A DNA stretch of 64,000 nt, from the IMG/VR virus record IMGVR_UViG_3300031758_009617. One strand, 5' to 3'. Positions 8,864 through 17,498 of this stretch are shown piece by piece. How positions within the stretch are numbered: position 1 is the first letter of the stretch; each line of letters begins with the position of its first letter. Position numbers and translations under genes: made by a program. This stretch comes from an uncultured virus (IMG/VR IMGVR_UViG_3300031758_009617). Lineage: Duplodnaviria; Heunggongvirae; Uroviricota; Caudoviricetes. The notes beneath the pieces were generated by a model. That model saw nothing but the letters and a program-made list of their open reading frames with translations, was not told the DNA's origin and did no database searches.

Positions 8864-11125
8864 TTACGCCATCTGTTCAATGAACCTATTTAAGAATACA
8901 CGCGAAATCATTTTCGTATTTTGCATTTTCTTAAATGCCTTGAGCAGAGACCCCTTCTTTGAGCCATCCTTGTAGCTCTTGAGGACTGTATCCATATCCA
9001 CATCTTCAACTTCTAGTTCATCACCTGGCACCATGTAGTATACATCATACCCGGCGAGCTTCATACCGAAATACTTGTACTTTGCGAATTCATCGGCATA
9101 CTGCTTATCGAACACTTCCTGATTGAATTCAGGATTATTTCGCGTCAAGGTTCCCATCACCTGACTGCGATAGTTGCGACCTGACATCAGATAGAAACCC
9201 ACCACCCGCGAACCTGTATGCTGCCGATACATTTCAAGAAGTGCCAACGTGATGTTACCACACTTCGACACCATGACCTGCTTCTTTGTCTTGCGATCCT
9301 CAATCACAATCCGACCCCGGTACATTCCACCGGCGTTACCCATCTGCTCACCATCCTTGAACGCCAATCCATATGATGCTTCACCGTCAGTAAGCAGTAC
9401 CGTGTTTAGAATTTCCACACGGGTGTTTTTCTTGAATTCCTCAGCAAGCGAGCGAAGAACCAAAACAGCGTCGTTCAATGGAGTCCCACCCAAATGCATC
9501 GAAGGGGGGACATGGTGGGAGCTTGAAGAATAATAGTAATAGTTTGCCGAACGCTTATAGGCGTTAGCCAAGAGAAGAAGATTTTTCACCGACACGTTAA
9601 ATTCTGCAGCACCCATGTTATAATGGAGCAACTGCTTCAAGCGAAAATCAACATTGTTAATTTGAATGGATCGGTCACGATTGTCGTTAGGACATGTGCG
9701 ATACATCGTACCGAAAATTGGATGCTTGCTCTCAGAGCGTGTAATACCCGACAACATGAAATCCTTTTCAGCTGAGGTGTCAATGAACCCATACACATCG
9801 AAGGGGATATTCACCTTTCGGCAAAACATGGAAAGATTAATGATTTGCTCAATGGTACCTGCCATGTTTTCAGTCATGGAACTTGACAAATCAATAACCA
9901 TAAGCATTCCATGATTCTTCCCATTGGGAATTTCGGTTGACTGTAGGAACAGATCCTCTGAAATCTGATAGCGCCAAAGTTTTTCCGTGTTCAGCTTACC
10001 CGTCTTGCTAACACGCGCCTTGGCGAACTGCTTGGCATTTCGCTTTAGCTCAAACTCCTTAACCAAATACTTAATGTAATTACGATTGGTGCTCATGAAG
10101 GTGTTGTATAGGTCATTCTCCTTCGCCAAATATTCCGGCTTGTATTCAGACCGCATCTGCTGATGCACCACACGGGCAGGGATTACATAATCCTTGTGAT
10201 TCAATTCAGGCCAGAAAATATATGTATTAGGATAGGCATCCTCATCAATGAGCTTTTCCTGATTAGCCTCAAGAGCCTCGTCAGTGATGGATCCCATTTC
10301 CTGATTCTCAGCCCATTCCGTCATCATCCTACGATAGGCATTGCTCTTGGACATGCGTTCCAGCTTGTCGGCAGCATTATCCTTACCTGCGGCGCGAAGC
10401 TGGTCTATAACATCCTGCAGCGTCTTGCCACTACCTGGAGTATCGCTGGAATATTCACCATACCCTTCGCCCGTGCCCTCGCCCTCGCCGCCTTCATCCA
10501 TGTTGTCAATGGCGTCAGACAGAGCATCGAGGTTGTCGAAAATGTCATCGGAAATATCATTGAACTCCCCATCCGCTGCCGCAAACAGCTCCTCAGACAA
10601 GGACATCACCTCATCCCATGTCTCGGCATTCTCAATACGAGAAACAAGATTTTGCTCAGCATCCGTAAATGTAATACCTGCGCGAGGACCGAGCTTGAAA
10701 TGCACGTTCACACGGTCAGCAAACGGGAGATGCTTCATATCATCCAGACCGACACCGAAGAACCCGCGCTCCACAAGCTGGGTGTATCCATTATACATGG
10801 GCTTCCGCAGACCCGGAAACTTACGCTTCATGAGCTTTTCAATACGAGCATCCTCAACAACATTAAGAATACCCTTGAAATTCTTTCCGTGCTCCTGTAC
10901 CCGATCCATCCAACCATCGGTAGGTGTGTAGAGAGCATGACCAACCTCATGACCAATCATGAGGTCATACAGGTCAGCGTCAATTTCCTTCCAGATGGGG
11001 AGAACCAGAACTCGGTTCTTAACATCGAAGCTGGGGCCTCGAACCTGCCGATGCTCGATGCGAATATTTTCTGCCGCTAGGAGCTTGCCTAGGGTTGACT
11101 TTGTGTTGTCTAGGACGTTCGACAT
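8864..11125 (-). CDS. CobT-like vWA protein with N-terminal HExxH peptidase-like domain
   Basis: HEVGHALYTP, NVVEDARIEK, MIDAS-like DLSSSM, GGTPL, LTDGE; partner of the CobS-like ATPase. Confidence 0.85.
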   Translation of the reverse strand: MSNVLDNTKSTLGKLLAAENIRIEHRQVRGPSFDVKNRVLVLPIWKEIDADLYDLMIGHEVGHALYTPTDGWMDRVQEHGKNFKGILNVVEDARIEKLMKRKFPGLRKPMYNGYTQLVERGFFGVGLDDMKHLPFADRVNVHFKLGPRAGITFTDAEQNLVSRIENAETWDEVMSLSEELFAAADGEFNDISDDIFDNLDALSDAIDNMDEGGEGEGTGEGYGEYSSDTPGSGKTLQDVIDQLRAAGKDNAADKLERMSKSNAYRRMMTEWAENQEMGSITDEALEANQEKLIDEDAYPNTYIFWPELNHKDYVIPARVVHQQMRSEYKPEYLAKENDLYNTFMSTNRNYIKYLVKEFELKRNAKQFAKARVSKTGKLNTEKLWRYQISEDLFLQSTEIPNGKNHGMLMVIDLSSSMTENMAGTIEQIINLSMFCRKVNIPFDVYGFIDTSAEKDFMLSGITRSESKHPIFGTMYRTCPNDNRDRSIQINNVDFRLKQLLHYNMGAAEFNVSVKNLLLLANAYKRSANYYYYSSSSHHVPPSMHLGGTPLNDAVLVLRSLAEEFKKNTRVEILNTVLLTDGEASYGLAFKDGEQMGNAGGMYRGRIVIEDRKTKKQVMVSKCGNITLALLEMYRQHTGSRVVGFYLMSGRNYRSQVMGTLTRNNPEFNQEVFDKQYADEFAKYKYFGMKLAGYDVYYMVPGDELEVEDVDMDTVLKSYKDGSKKGSLLKAFKKMQNTKMISRVFLNRFIEQMA

Positions 11126-11168
11126 AGTATACCTCTTTGAAGGTCACGAAGGCTTATCGGATACTAGT

Positions 11169-11197
11169 AATCTAGCACCCGATAAGCCGTTTGTCAA
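11169..11197 (-). promoter_or_regulatory. Sigma70-type promoter for the cobT-like gene
   Basis: TTGACA-N17-TAGATT with TG extension. Confidence 0.7.
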
Positions 11198-11233
11198 GCC
11201 CTGACGTAAGTTATTGAAAAATAAGCACTTACG
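11196..11233. repeat. Second copy of the palindromic element, with the spacer inverted
   Basis: AAGCCCTGA-CGTAAGT-tattgaaaaataagc-ACTTACG; the spacer is the reverse complement of the copy-1 spacer with 1 mismatch. Confidence 0.85.
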
Positions 11234-11237
11234 AGAC

Positions 11238-11852
11238 TTATTTCTTCTTGGTTTTTACTGTTTTCGTGACTTTTTTAGGGGTTTTCTTAGGCGTTCTCAG
11301 AGATTTCGGTGCAAATTTTTCTTGTAACCGCTTCGAAACCTCTTCACCTGACATCCAAATATCTTTGCTATCAAGAATTGATTTAATTTCATTTGCTGTT
11401 AAAAACCCACTGTAGATATCCTGCCAAAGTTTTTCACTCCACTTGCGTTCATGAATTATGTTGTCATACATTTCGCCGCCCTTGCCAATGGTTGCGCTGG
11501 TATAGTTATGAAACATGAACATGGAATGATTACTAATCTCCCAATGCTTGGCAGAAAGGAAAATGATTGTAGCAGCACTCATACATGCACCTTCAACTGA
11601 TGCCACAACATTTGCCTTTGATTCAGCAAATACACGCATAAATTGAATTGCCGTAAATAAGTCGCCACCATAACTATTAATGTGAACTACAATCACATCG
11701 TTCTCACTTGAATTTCTAATGGTTTCAAACCATTGTACATATTCAGCGGGTGATTTAATATCTCCCGACAAATAGAATTTGTGCACCTTTGAGATAGGGC
11801 GGTCGGTAAAAGCGGTAATGTTATTACCTGCCATAATTTCAGTCTTGTCCAT
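11238..11852 (-). CDS. ClpP-like serine protease
   Basis: HINSYGGDL, EGACMSAATIIF, FMFHN, KDIWMSGEE. Confidence 0.85.
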   Translation of the reverse strand: MDKTEIMAGNNITAFTDRPISKVHKFYLSGDIKSPAEYVQWFETIRNSSENDVIVVHINSYGGDLFTAIQFMRVFAESKANVVASVEGACMSAATIIFLSAKHWEISNHSMFMFHNYTSATIGKGGEMYDNIIHERKWSEKLWQDIYSGFLTANEIKSILDSKDIWMSGEEVSKRLQEKFAPKSLRTPKKTPKKVTKTVKTKKK

Positions 11853-12222
11853 AATGTCTCGTCACCTGTTGAATACGTTCAATTTGTTTTTGAATAATGT
11901 CTTTACGATTCGGCCAATGAATATATTCCTTGTCAGGATTCTTTTGCAGATTGTAAAGAAGCGGGAGGATCAATTGTTCAACTTCTTGTAACTTGCCACG
12001 TATTTCTTTTGTTAGTAATTGTTTATGCTGTTCAATCAAATCATTTGTATCACCTTCAGTTAGAGCTTCAATTTGTTGCTCTAATTTTTGAATCTTTAGA
12101 AAAAGTTCATCTTTAAATTCTGGGTCAACAATGGCAGGTTGAGGTGTGCCTGACGATGTGGAGGATGAAGAAAATTCATCGTCTGTGAATGTAAAGCCAA
12201 AATCAAAATCATTACTTGCCAT
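11839..12222 (-). CDS. Conserved T4-like hypothetical protein
   Basis: DFDFGFTF N-terminus; ILPLLYNLQKNPDKEYIHWPNR. Confidence 0.75.
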   Translation of the reverse strand: MASNDFDFGFTFTDDEFSSSSTSSGTPQPAIVDPEFKDELFLKIQKLEQQIEALTEGDTNDLIEQHKQLLTKEIRGKLQEVEQLILPLLYNLQKNPDKEYIHWPNRKDIIQKQIERIQQVTRHYGQD

Positions 12223-12748
12223 GTTTCATCCTGCGTTGAAGTTTCTTGTTCTTTTTCTTTAATTTATTTAGTTCCCAACGCAACTTAAAGTTTGATGCAT
12301 GATGTGTGAAGTTTAATCCTTCCATGTGGTCATATTCATGTAACACCACACGGGCAGCAATATTCTTAAATGACATGCGTTGAGTTGTACCAGACACATC
12401 TTGATATTCCACGGTAACTTCAGATGGGCGCTGTAATGTCAGCATGAATCCTGGGAATGACAGACATCCTTCTTCCATTGTGGTCTGTTCTCTACTTACA
12501 CCAATCACAATGGGATTGAATAAGGCATATCGCTGTTCGGCATTACCAAAAACAAACACACGATAAGGTAAGCCCACTTGATTGGCTGATAATCCTAATC
12601 CTCCCAACTGTAACATTCGCTTATGGAGTATCGTTGCCAACTCCTCTGCAATATCGCCATCCTTCTGGAAATCAAACTCAGGGGGCTTTGTGGTCATACG
12701 TGGGTCAGCAAAATGAATTAATTGCAAATCTTCAAGTTTCAAAGTCAT
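12212..12748 (-). CDS. def: Peptide deformylase
   Basis: All three PDF motifs: GLGLSANQVG, EEGCLS, HEYDH. Confidence 0.95.
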   Translation of the reverse strand: MTLKLEDLQLIHFADPRMTTKPPEFDFQKDGDIAEELATILHKRMLQLGGLGLSANQVGLPYRVFVFGNAEQRYALFNPIVIGVSREQTTMEEGCLSFPGFMLTLQRPSEVTVEYQDVSGTTQRMSFKNIAARVVLHEYDHMEGLNFTHHASNFKLRWELNKLKKKNKKLQRRMKHGK

Positions 12749-12757
12749 AGGTCCTCG

Positions 12758-14470
12758 TTATACAATAACAGAAAAGTTTTGTTTCTTTGTAAATTTCACG
12801 ACATGCGTGAACTTATCAAACAATTGGTCGCCTTTATGAGAGATGACCCATACATTTGTCCCATCACCCAACGTGTTTAATAGTTGCATGACATATTCGG
12901 TTGCAGTTGTATCTAAACTGCTATCAAATACTTCATCAAGAATAAGGAGATTAGTACTAGCAGAATTCTTGAGCTTGGCGATTGTACGCCACGTAAAAAG
13001 AAGCGCCAAGTCAATTCTTTGTTTCTCGCCTTCACTAAAGCTTTCATAACTAAAATCATCCCGATAGCGCGATTTAATAACTTCATCAAATTTCTCATCT
13101 AAAGTAAACTGTACGAAGAAGTCCATAGACGTTAAGAACTTATTCACAAGTTTATTTATCGCAGGTAAATATTGACGAATAATTTTTGTTTTAATACCTG
13201 AGTCTTTCAATAAGACTGAGGCGATGTCATAATAATCAGATTGTTCATTGAGTTCTAATCGGTCTTTGACAATCGCCATGGTGTCTTTTGCCAAATCTTT
13301 CAACTTCATTTTTTCTACTTCAATGTTTCCAACTTTCTGTGAGACATCCGCCTTTTCCAACTCTAGACGTTGAATGAATCGTTCACTTGAATTAATTTCA
13401 TTCTTAATGGTGTTCACTTCATCAGTGAGCTTTGAAATTTCTTTATTGACGTTACCAATTTCTTTTAAGCGAACTTCCAACTCCTTCTTAGTGTTCTCAA
13501 TGGCATTGATGTGTGCATGAATCTGTGAGAGTTCGCCTTGATGTTCTTGAATTACTTCATTCTTGAAATCATGTCCGATACCCTGCTTACACTTGGGGCA
13601 TGTATCATTGTTATGATAGAATGAAATTTCTTTTTCCAGTTTTGTTGAACCTACTTCATATTCATTGATTTGTTGAACAGCTTCTCGGAGATTTTCTGTG
13701 ATACTAGATAGGTCCCCAATGCTATTAAGATAATCATTTCTTCGAGCATCAATACCATCGCATAAAATACGTTTTTCAGAAATTTCATGTAGTGCCTCCT
13801 GAATCTTAGCGTTCAATTCTTCTATTCGTGCATCACGGTCTTGTTCCAACGTTTTGATATACTCTTGTTGAATTTCAGCCTTTGACTTCGCCACAGAAAT
13901 TTTTCCTTCGACATCATGTAATTTATTCTTCAACTCTGTGATTTTATCCTTCAACACAATATTCATGGATGTGAATATCTTGATATCCAAAATATCTTCA
14001 ATCACCTCACGCCGAGATGCCGCGGGCAATTGCATGAAGGGAGTAAATGATGCTGAACCCAGAATAACAATTTGTGTGAATGATTTAAAATTCAATTTCA
14101 AAATGTTATCTTCAAGATATTTCTGATAGTCCCGTGATGCAGCATCTTGATTGAGAAGTGTACCATTCACCCAGATTTCAAAAATACCAGGCTTGATACC
14201 TCGATTGATTTTATAGTTTTTCCCGCCAATAGAAAATTCAATCTCAACCAAACAATGCTTGCCATTAATGGTGTTGACAAGTTGTGGCTTATTAATGTTA
14301 CGATAAGGTTTACCAAACAAAGCAAAACAAATGGCATCAAGCATCGTACTTTTGCCACTACCATTCTCACCCACAACAAGAGTTGTGGGGCGTCTATTAA
14401 GTTCTATTTCAGTAAATGCATTCCCTGTTGAGAGAAAGTTTTTCCATCGAACGGTTTTAAAATGTATCAT
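12758..14470 (-). CDS. 46: Recombination endonuclease ATPase subunit gp46 (Rad50/SbcC-like)
   Basis: WKNFLSTGN, GENGSGKST, CPKC zinc hook, FSEGEK, LDEVFDSSLD. Confidence 0.98.
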   Translation of the reverse strand: MIHFKTVRWKNFLSTGNAFTEIELNRRPTTLVVGENGSGKSTMLDAICFALFGKPYRNINKPQLVNTINGKHCLVEIEFSIGGKNYKINRGIKPGIFEIWVNGTLLNQDAASRDYQKYLEDNILKLNFKSFTQIVILGSASFTPFMQLPAASRREVIEDILDIKIFTSMNIVLKDKITELKNKLHDVEGKISVAKSKAEIQQEYIKTLEQDRDARIEELNAKIQEALHEISEKRILCDGIDARRNDYLNSIGDLSSITENLREAVQQINEYEVGSTKLEKEISFYHNNDTCPKCKQGIGHDFKNEVIQEHQGELSQIHAHINAIENTKKELEVRLKEIGNVNKEISKLTDEVNTIKNEINSSERFIQRLELEKADVSQKVGNIEVEKMKLKDLAKDTMAIVKDRLELNEQSDYYDIASVLLKDSGIKTKIIRQYLPAINKLVNKFLTSMDFFVQFTLDEKFDEVIKSRYRDDFSYESFSEGEKQRIDLALLFTWRTIAKLKNSASTNLLILDEVFDSSLDTTATEYVMQLLNTLGDGTNVWVISHKGDQLFDKFTHVVKFTKKQNFSVIV

Positions 14471-15510
14471 AGTTCAAGATTCTGTGCCTCAACGTATAAG
14501 GTTTTCAGCAACGTTTTCAATTTATTCTTGTCTTTGGCTGATTCAACGGAATCAACATATTCAGAAAGAAGTGTCATTGTATCTTCAATATTCACCGTCT
14601 CACTATCCAATGCCTCAGACTCAAATTCTGAAAAATCTTCGTGGATAGTTAATTCAATCACTTCATTAATATACAACGCATCAAGCAGTTTGTCAAATTT
14701 TTGATAATCATTTTTATGGACAACAATCAATTTCACACATGCCTTTGCATACTTGGATGCATCAATGGTTTTCTCGCGGTCATCATAATAAATCTTATGA
14801 AAAATTTCAAATGGATTTTCTATTAATTGTAGGTCCAATGTATCTAAATCCAATACATGGAATCCTCGTTTATCATCATAGTCACTCCATGTGAACCCAT
14901 AGGGACTTCCTAAGTAATATACATTGTCATCAGTGCTACGATGATGGAAATGTCCTGTGAGTACCATTGAATAGTTTTTCAGAACCTGTCTATCCATACC
15001 TCCATCATTCTTTGCCCCACGAAACATATCAAATCCGGCAATTTCAAAATGCCCAAAACATAACTCAGCAGGTTGTTGAATGACTTTCATACAGGCATCA
15101 TAGTTCTCTGCACACATCCAAGGAATAAAAGATACTGTGCGACCATCTAATTGTGTGATGGTTGGGTCTTCAATGATTTCAATGTTATGATATTCCCGTA
15201 ACAATAAATCTAAACTATTCACTTCATTTGTATTCTTATAATATGTATCATGATTGCCAGGAATCACCTTCATGTCAATACCACGTATCTTTAGTTGCTC
15301 GAAAAAATATTCCTTACATGAACGTAGTGTATTGAAGTTGATGTACTTTCTTCTATCGAATACATCCCCTAAATGCAAAAGAGTTTTGATTCCCGTTTCA
15401 TCTAGATATGGGAAAAATACTTCATCATAAAATTTTCGGAAATAGGCGTCGAAATGCTGTGAATCATTTCGCGCACCAAAATGTGTATCTGTGATTATGG
15501 CAACTTTCAT
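14467..15510 (-). CDS. 47: Recombination nuclease subunit gp47 (Mre11/SbcD-like)
   Basis: ITDTHFGAR, LGDVFDRRK, GNHD, GHFH. Confidence 0.98.
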   Translation of the reverse strand: MKVAIITDTHFGARNDSQHFDAYFRKFYDEVFFPYLDETGIKTLLHLGDVFDRRKYINFNTLRSCKEYFFEQLKIRGIDMKVIPGNHDTYYKNTNEVNSLDLLLREYHNIEIIEDPTITQLDGRTVSFIPWMCAENYDACMKVIQQPAELCFGHFEIAGFDMFRGAKNDGGMDRQVLKNYSMVLTGHFHHRSTDDNVYYLGSPYGFTWSDYDDKRGFHVLDLDTLDLQLIENPFEIFHKIYYDDREKTIDASKYAKACVKLIVVHKNDYQKFDKLLDALYINEVIELTIHEDFSEFESEALDSETVNIEDTMTLLSEYVDSVESAKDKNKLKTLLKTLYVEAQNLEL

Positions 15511-15954
15511 TTATCCCTCGTACAGGGCAGAGTTGCTCCCATGTTCAAATACTTCCACACTCTTAAGGCGAACTCGCCCGTTCGTCTTGTGTACAACACC
15601 GGGGGCAATGTCAACATATACCATATGAGCAAATGCTTCACATCCAACACTATCAAAAATACGCAATGTGCATCCGCCTTCCTTATCCATTTGTTTGAAC
15701 AAGGGAAGCAAAGGATCATCCTTGGCAACTGCCGTTGTGTGGTCAAAGGCAACATCTAAGTATTCCTTAATCCACTTGGTATCACCAAAGTCATATACCC
15801 AGTTTCTTTCATCTAGGACATCTGCCTCAAAGATGAAACGAAATCCTAAACTATAACCATGAATTTGATTGCAATGTGATTTTGCTCGCCATTGACGAAA
15901 TGCACAGCTCAAACCACGCTCATTACCAAATGTTTTCGTTGAATAGAATTTCAT
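15511..15954 (-). CDS. queD: 6-carboxy-5,6,7,8-tetrahydropterin synthase QueD
   Basis: SCAFRQWRAKSHCNQIHGY, WVYDFG, FDHT, GCEAFA, VEVFEHGSN; GAGGAG RBS supports a start near 15954. Confidence 0.9.
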   Translation of the reverse strand: MKFYSTKTFGNERGLSCAFRQWRAKSHCNQIHGYSLGFRFIFEADVLDERNWVYDFGDTKWIKEYLDVAFDHTTAVAKDDPLLPLFKQMDKEGGCTLRIFDSVGCEAFAHMVYVDIAPGVVHKTNGRVRLKSVEVFEHGSNSALYEG

Positions 15955-15964
15955 TGTCATCTCC

Positions 15965-17128
15965 TCAGTATTTGTTTGTAGAAGTGTAGTCACGATAACG
16001 ATTATCATCCCGGCGCCATGCTTCACCTTGACCCAACATCACATCTAGAATTCTATCCATTGTCTGTGATGTCCAAGCTGAAATCTTTCCCATGTTTCTA
16101 TGAGGTTCATTCAAGTGCCTGAACAACTTGTTAATGGCATCTTGTTGTGACCAAGGTACATATAAACGTTCAGCATCATTGGCAAACGTTTCTGGGAATG
16201 ACCGATAGGCAGGATACAACACATTACATTCAAGTGCATCTGCCTCAGACACCGTGTTACTTACCCAATCTTGTAATGCACAATTAAACAATACACGACT
16301 ATTGGCAACAATCTCATAATACTCATTCTTAGAAAGATTATCATAAATCTTTAAAAGACCACTCTTTTCTAATTTACGAGCACGTTCCAAATATACCGGA
16401 TTGTTACTCCGTAATGGACCGCCCGATACTATGGCAAATTCAATGTTATATGTTTCTGCAACTTGTTCAGCAATATCCATGAAGAAGTTGGGTTGCTTTT
16501 CTTGGTCAAACCGAGCAGCAAATACAACACGCATCTTTCTAGATGAGAATTCTGGAATATGCGATACTCGACTTCTCACCTCATCACGGTCAAACGTCAA
16601 GCCTGAAATGTTGTAGAGAGGTGCTGTCCAACCTGCAATCTTCATATGTGCCACCATTTCTTCATTTGACGCAAGAACACCCGTAACAAAATCATTCACC
16701 ATGTGTTCATACTTACTCATCCAAGGTGCCATACCCCACACATGAACAAAGTCATCAGGATCAATGCTTTGTGCAAGACAACGTACCCACACCTTCGGTC
16801 GATCCTTTTCAGGGATTTGATTCATGATGTAAGGAAGCGATTCAATGCCGGGTTGAAACATATCTTCAAAAAAGATGGCATCTTCACCGGTGACTGTCCC
16901 ATCTTTCATCATCTGCACAAGATTCATCATTTGTGACATAGCGAAATAACTTCTTCCATGTGCATCAAGAACCTGTCCCACAGAAATTGCCTGACTGTTA
17001 TCAATGGTCTTGCCGGGAACAATCACATATTCAACACCACGACGATCCATAGTGGTAGTTGCCCACTTAGTTAGTTGCAATGTATATCGTGATTCATATG
17101 ATTCCAATCCCATATAGAAAATCTTCAT
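15965..17128 (-). CDS. GT-B fold glycosyltransferase (GT4-like) inside the deazaguanine cluster
   Basis: VVFAARFDQEKQP and ALQDWVSNTVSEADALEC (E/D-x7-E-like) nucleotide-sugar domain motifs; ATGA-coupled to the upstream T-fold gene. Confidence 0.75.
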   Translation of the reverse strand: MKIFYMGLESYESRYTLQLTKWATTTMDRRGVEYVIVPGKTIDNSQAISVGQVLDAHGRSYFAMSQMMNLVQMMKDGTVTGEDAIFFEDMFQPGIESLPYIMNQIPEKDRPKVWVRCLAQSIDPDDFVHVWGMAPWMSKYEHMVNDFVTGVLASNEEMVAHMKIAGWTAPLYNISGLTFDRDEVRSRVSHIPEFSSRKMRVVFAARFDQEKQPNFFMDIAEQVAETYNIEFAIVSGGPLRSNNPVYLERARKLEKSGLLKIYDNLSKNEYYEIVANSRVLFNCALQDWVSNTVSEADALECNVLYPAYRSFPETFANDAERLYVPWSQQDAINKLFRHLNEPHRNMGKISAWTSQTMDRILDVMLGQGEAWRRDDNRYRDYTSTNKY

Positions 17129-17496
17129 GTCAAACTCCCCATTGGTTGATATTGAATGATTGCACCGTTCTCACCATCTTCACTCACACCTACTTCAACT
17201 TCTCTGCCCGGATAAACATTAGTAATGTACTCTATTAAATCTTCTGCCAACATTTCACAGCTCTTATAATCAACATGCAACGTGCCTTGATATAGATGTT
17301 CAAGTTCACGCTTGAATAAGATGAATTCAATGTCTCGGTCATTATGTGTCACCGATACACGAACACGGAAATGAAACATGTGTCTATGAGGATATCCTAA
17401 AAATTCTACATCTTTCAATTTCGGGTCAGTCAATGCTGCGGGATATTTGTGAATACCTTCTTTCTGAAATGTCACTTCAATGTAACGCTTTATCAT
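17125..17496 (-). CDS. QueD-paralogous T-fold protein, DpdL-like (putative CDG decarboxylase)
   Basis: LGYPHRHMF (LxxxHRHxF), SCEMLA, VSEDGENGA; lies next to the DpdA-like gene. Confidence 0.65.
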   Translation of the reverse strand: MIKRYIEVTFQKEGIHKYPAALTDPKLKDVEFLGYPHRHMFHFRVRVSVTHNDRDIEFILFKRELEHLYQGTLHVDYKSCEMLAEDLIEYITNVYPGREVEVGVSEDGENGAIIQYQPMGSLT

Positions 17497-17498
17497 GA

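Noticed and set aside
10163..11080. 305-aa and 196-aa plus-strand ORFs
   Set aside because: Antisense to the well-supported cobT-like gene in a GC-richer stretch with fewer stops.
7602..11125. Cobalamin biosynthesis role for the CobS/CobT-like genes
   Set aside because: No cobN or other cob genes; the phage pair is a generic MoxR ATPase plus vWA partner, so the name does not imply the function.
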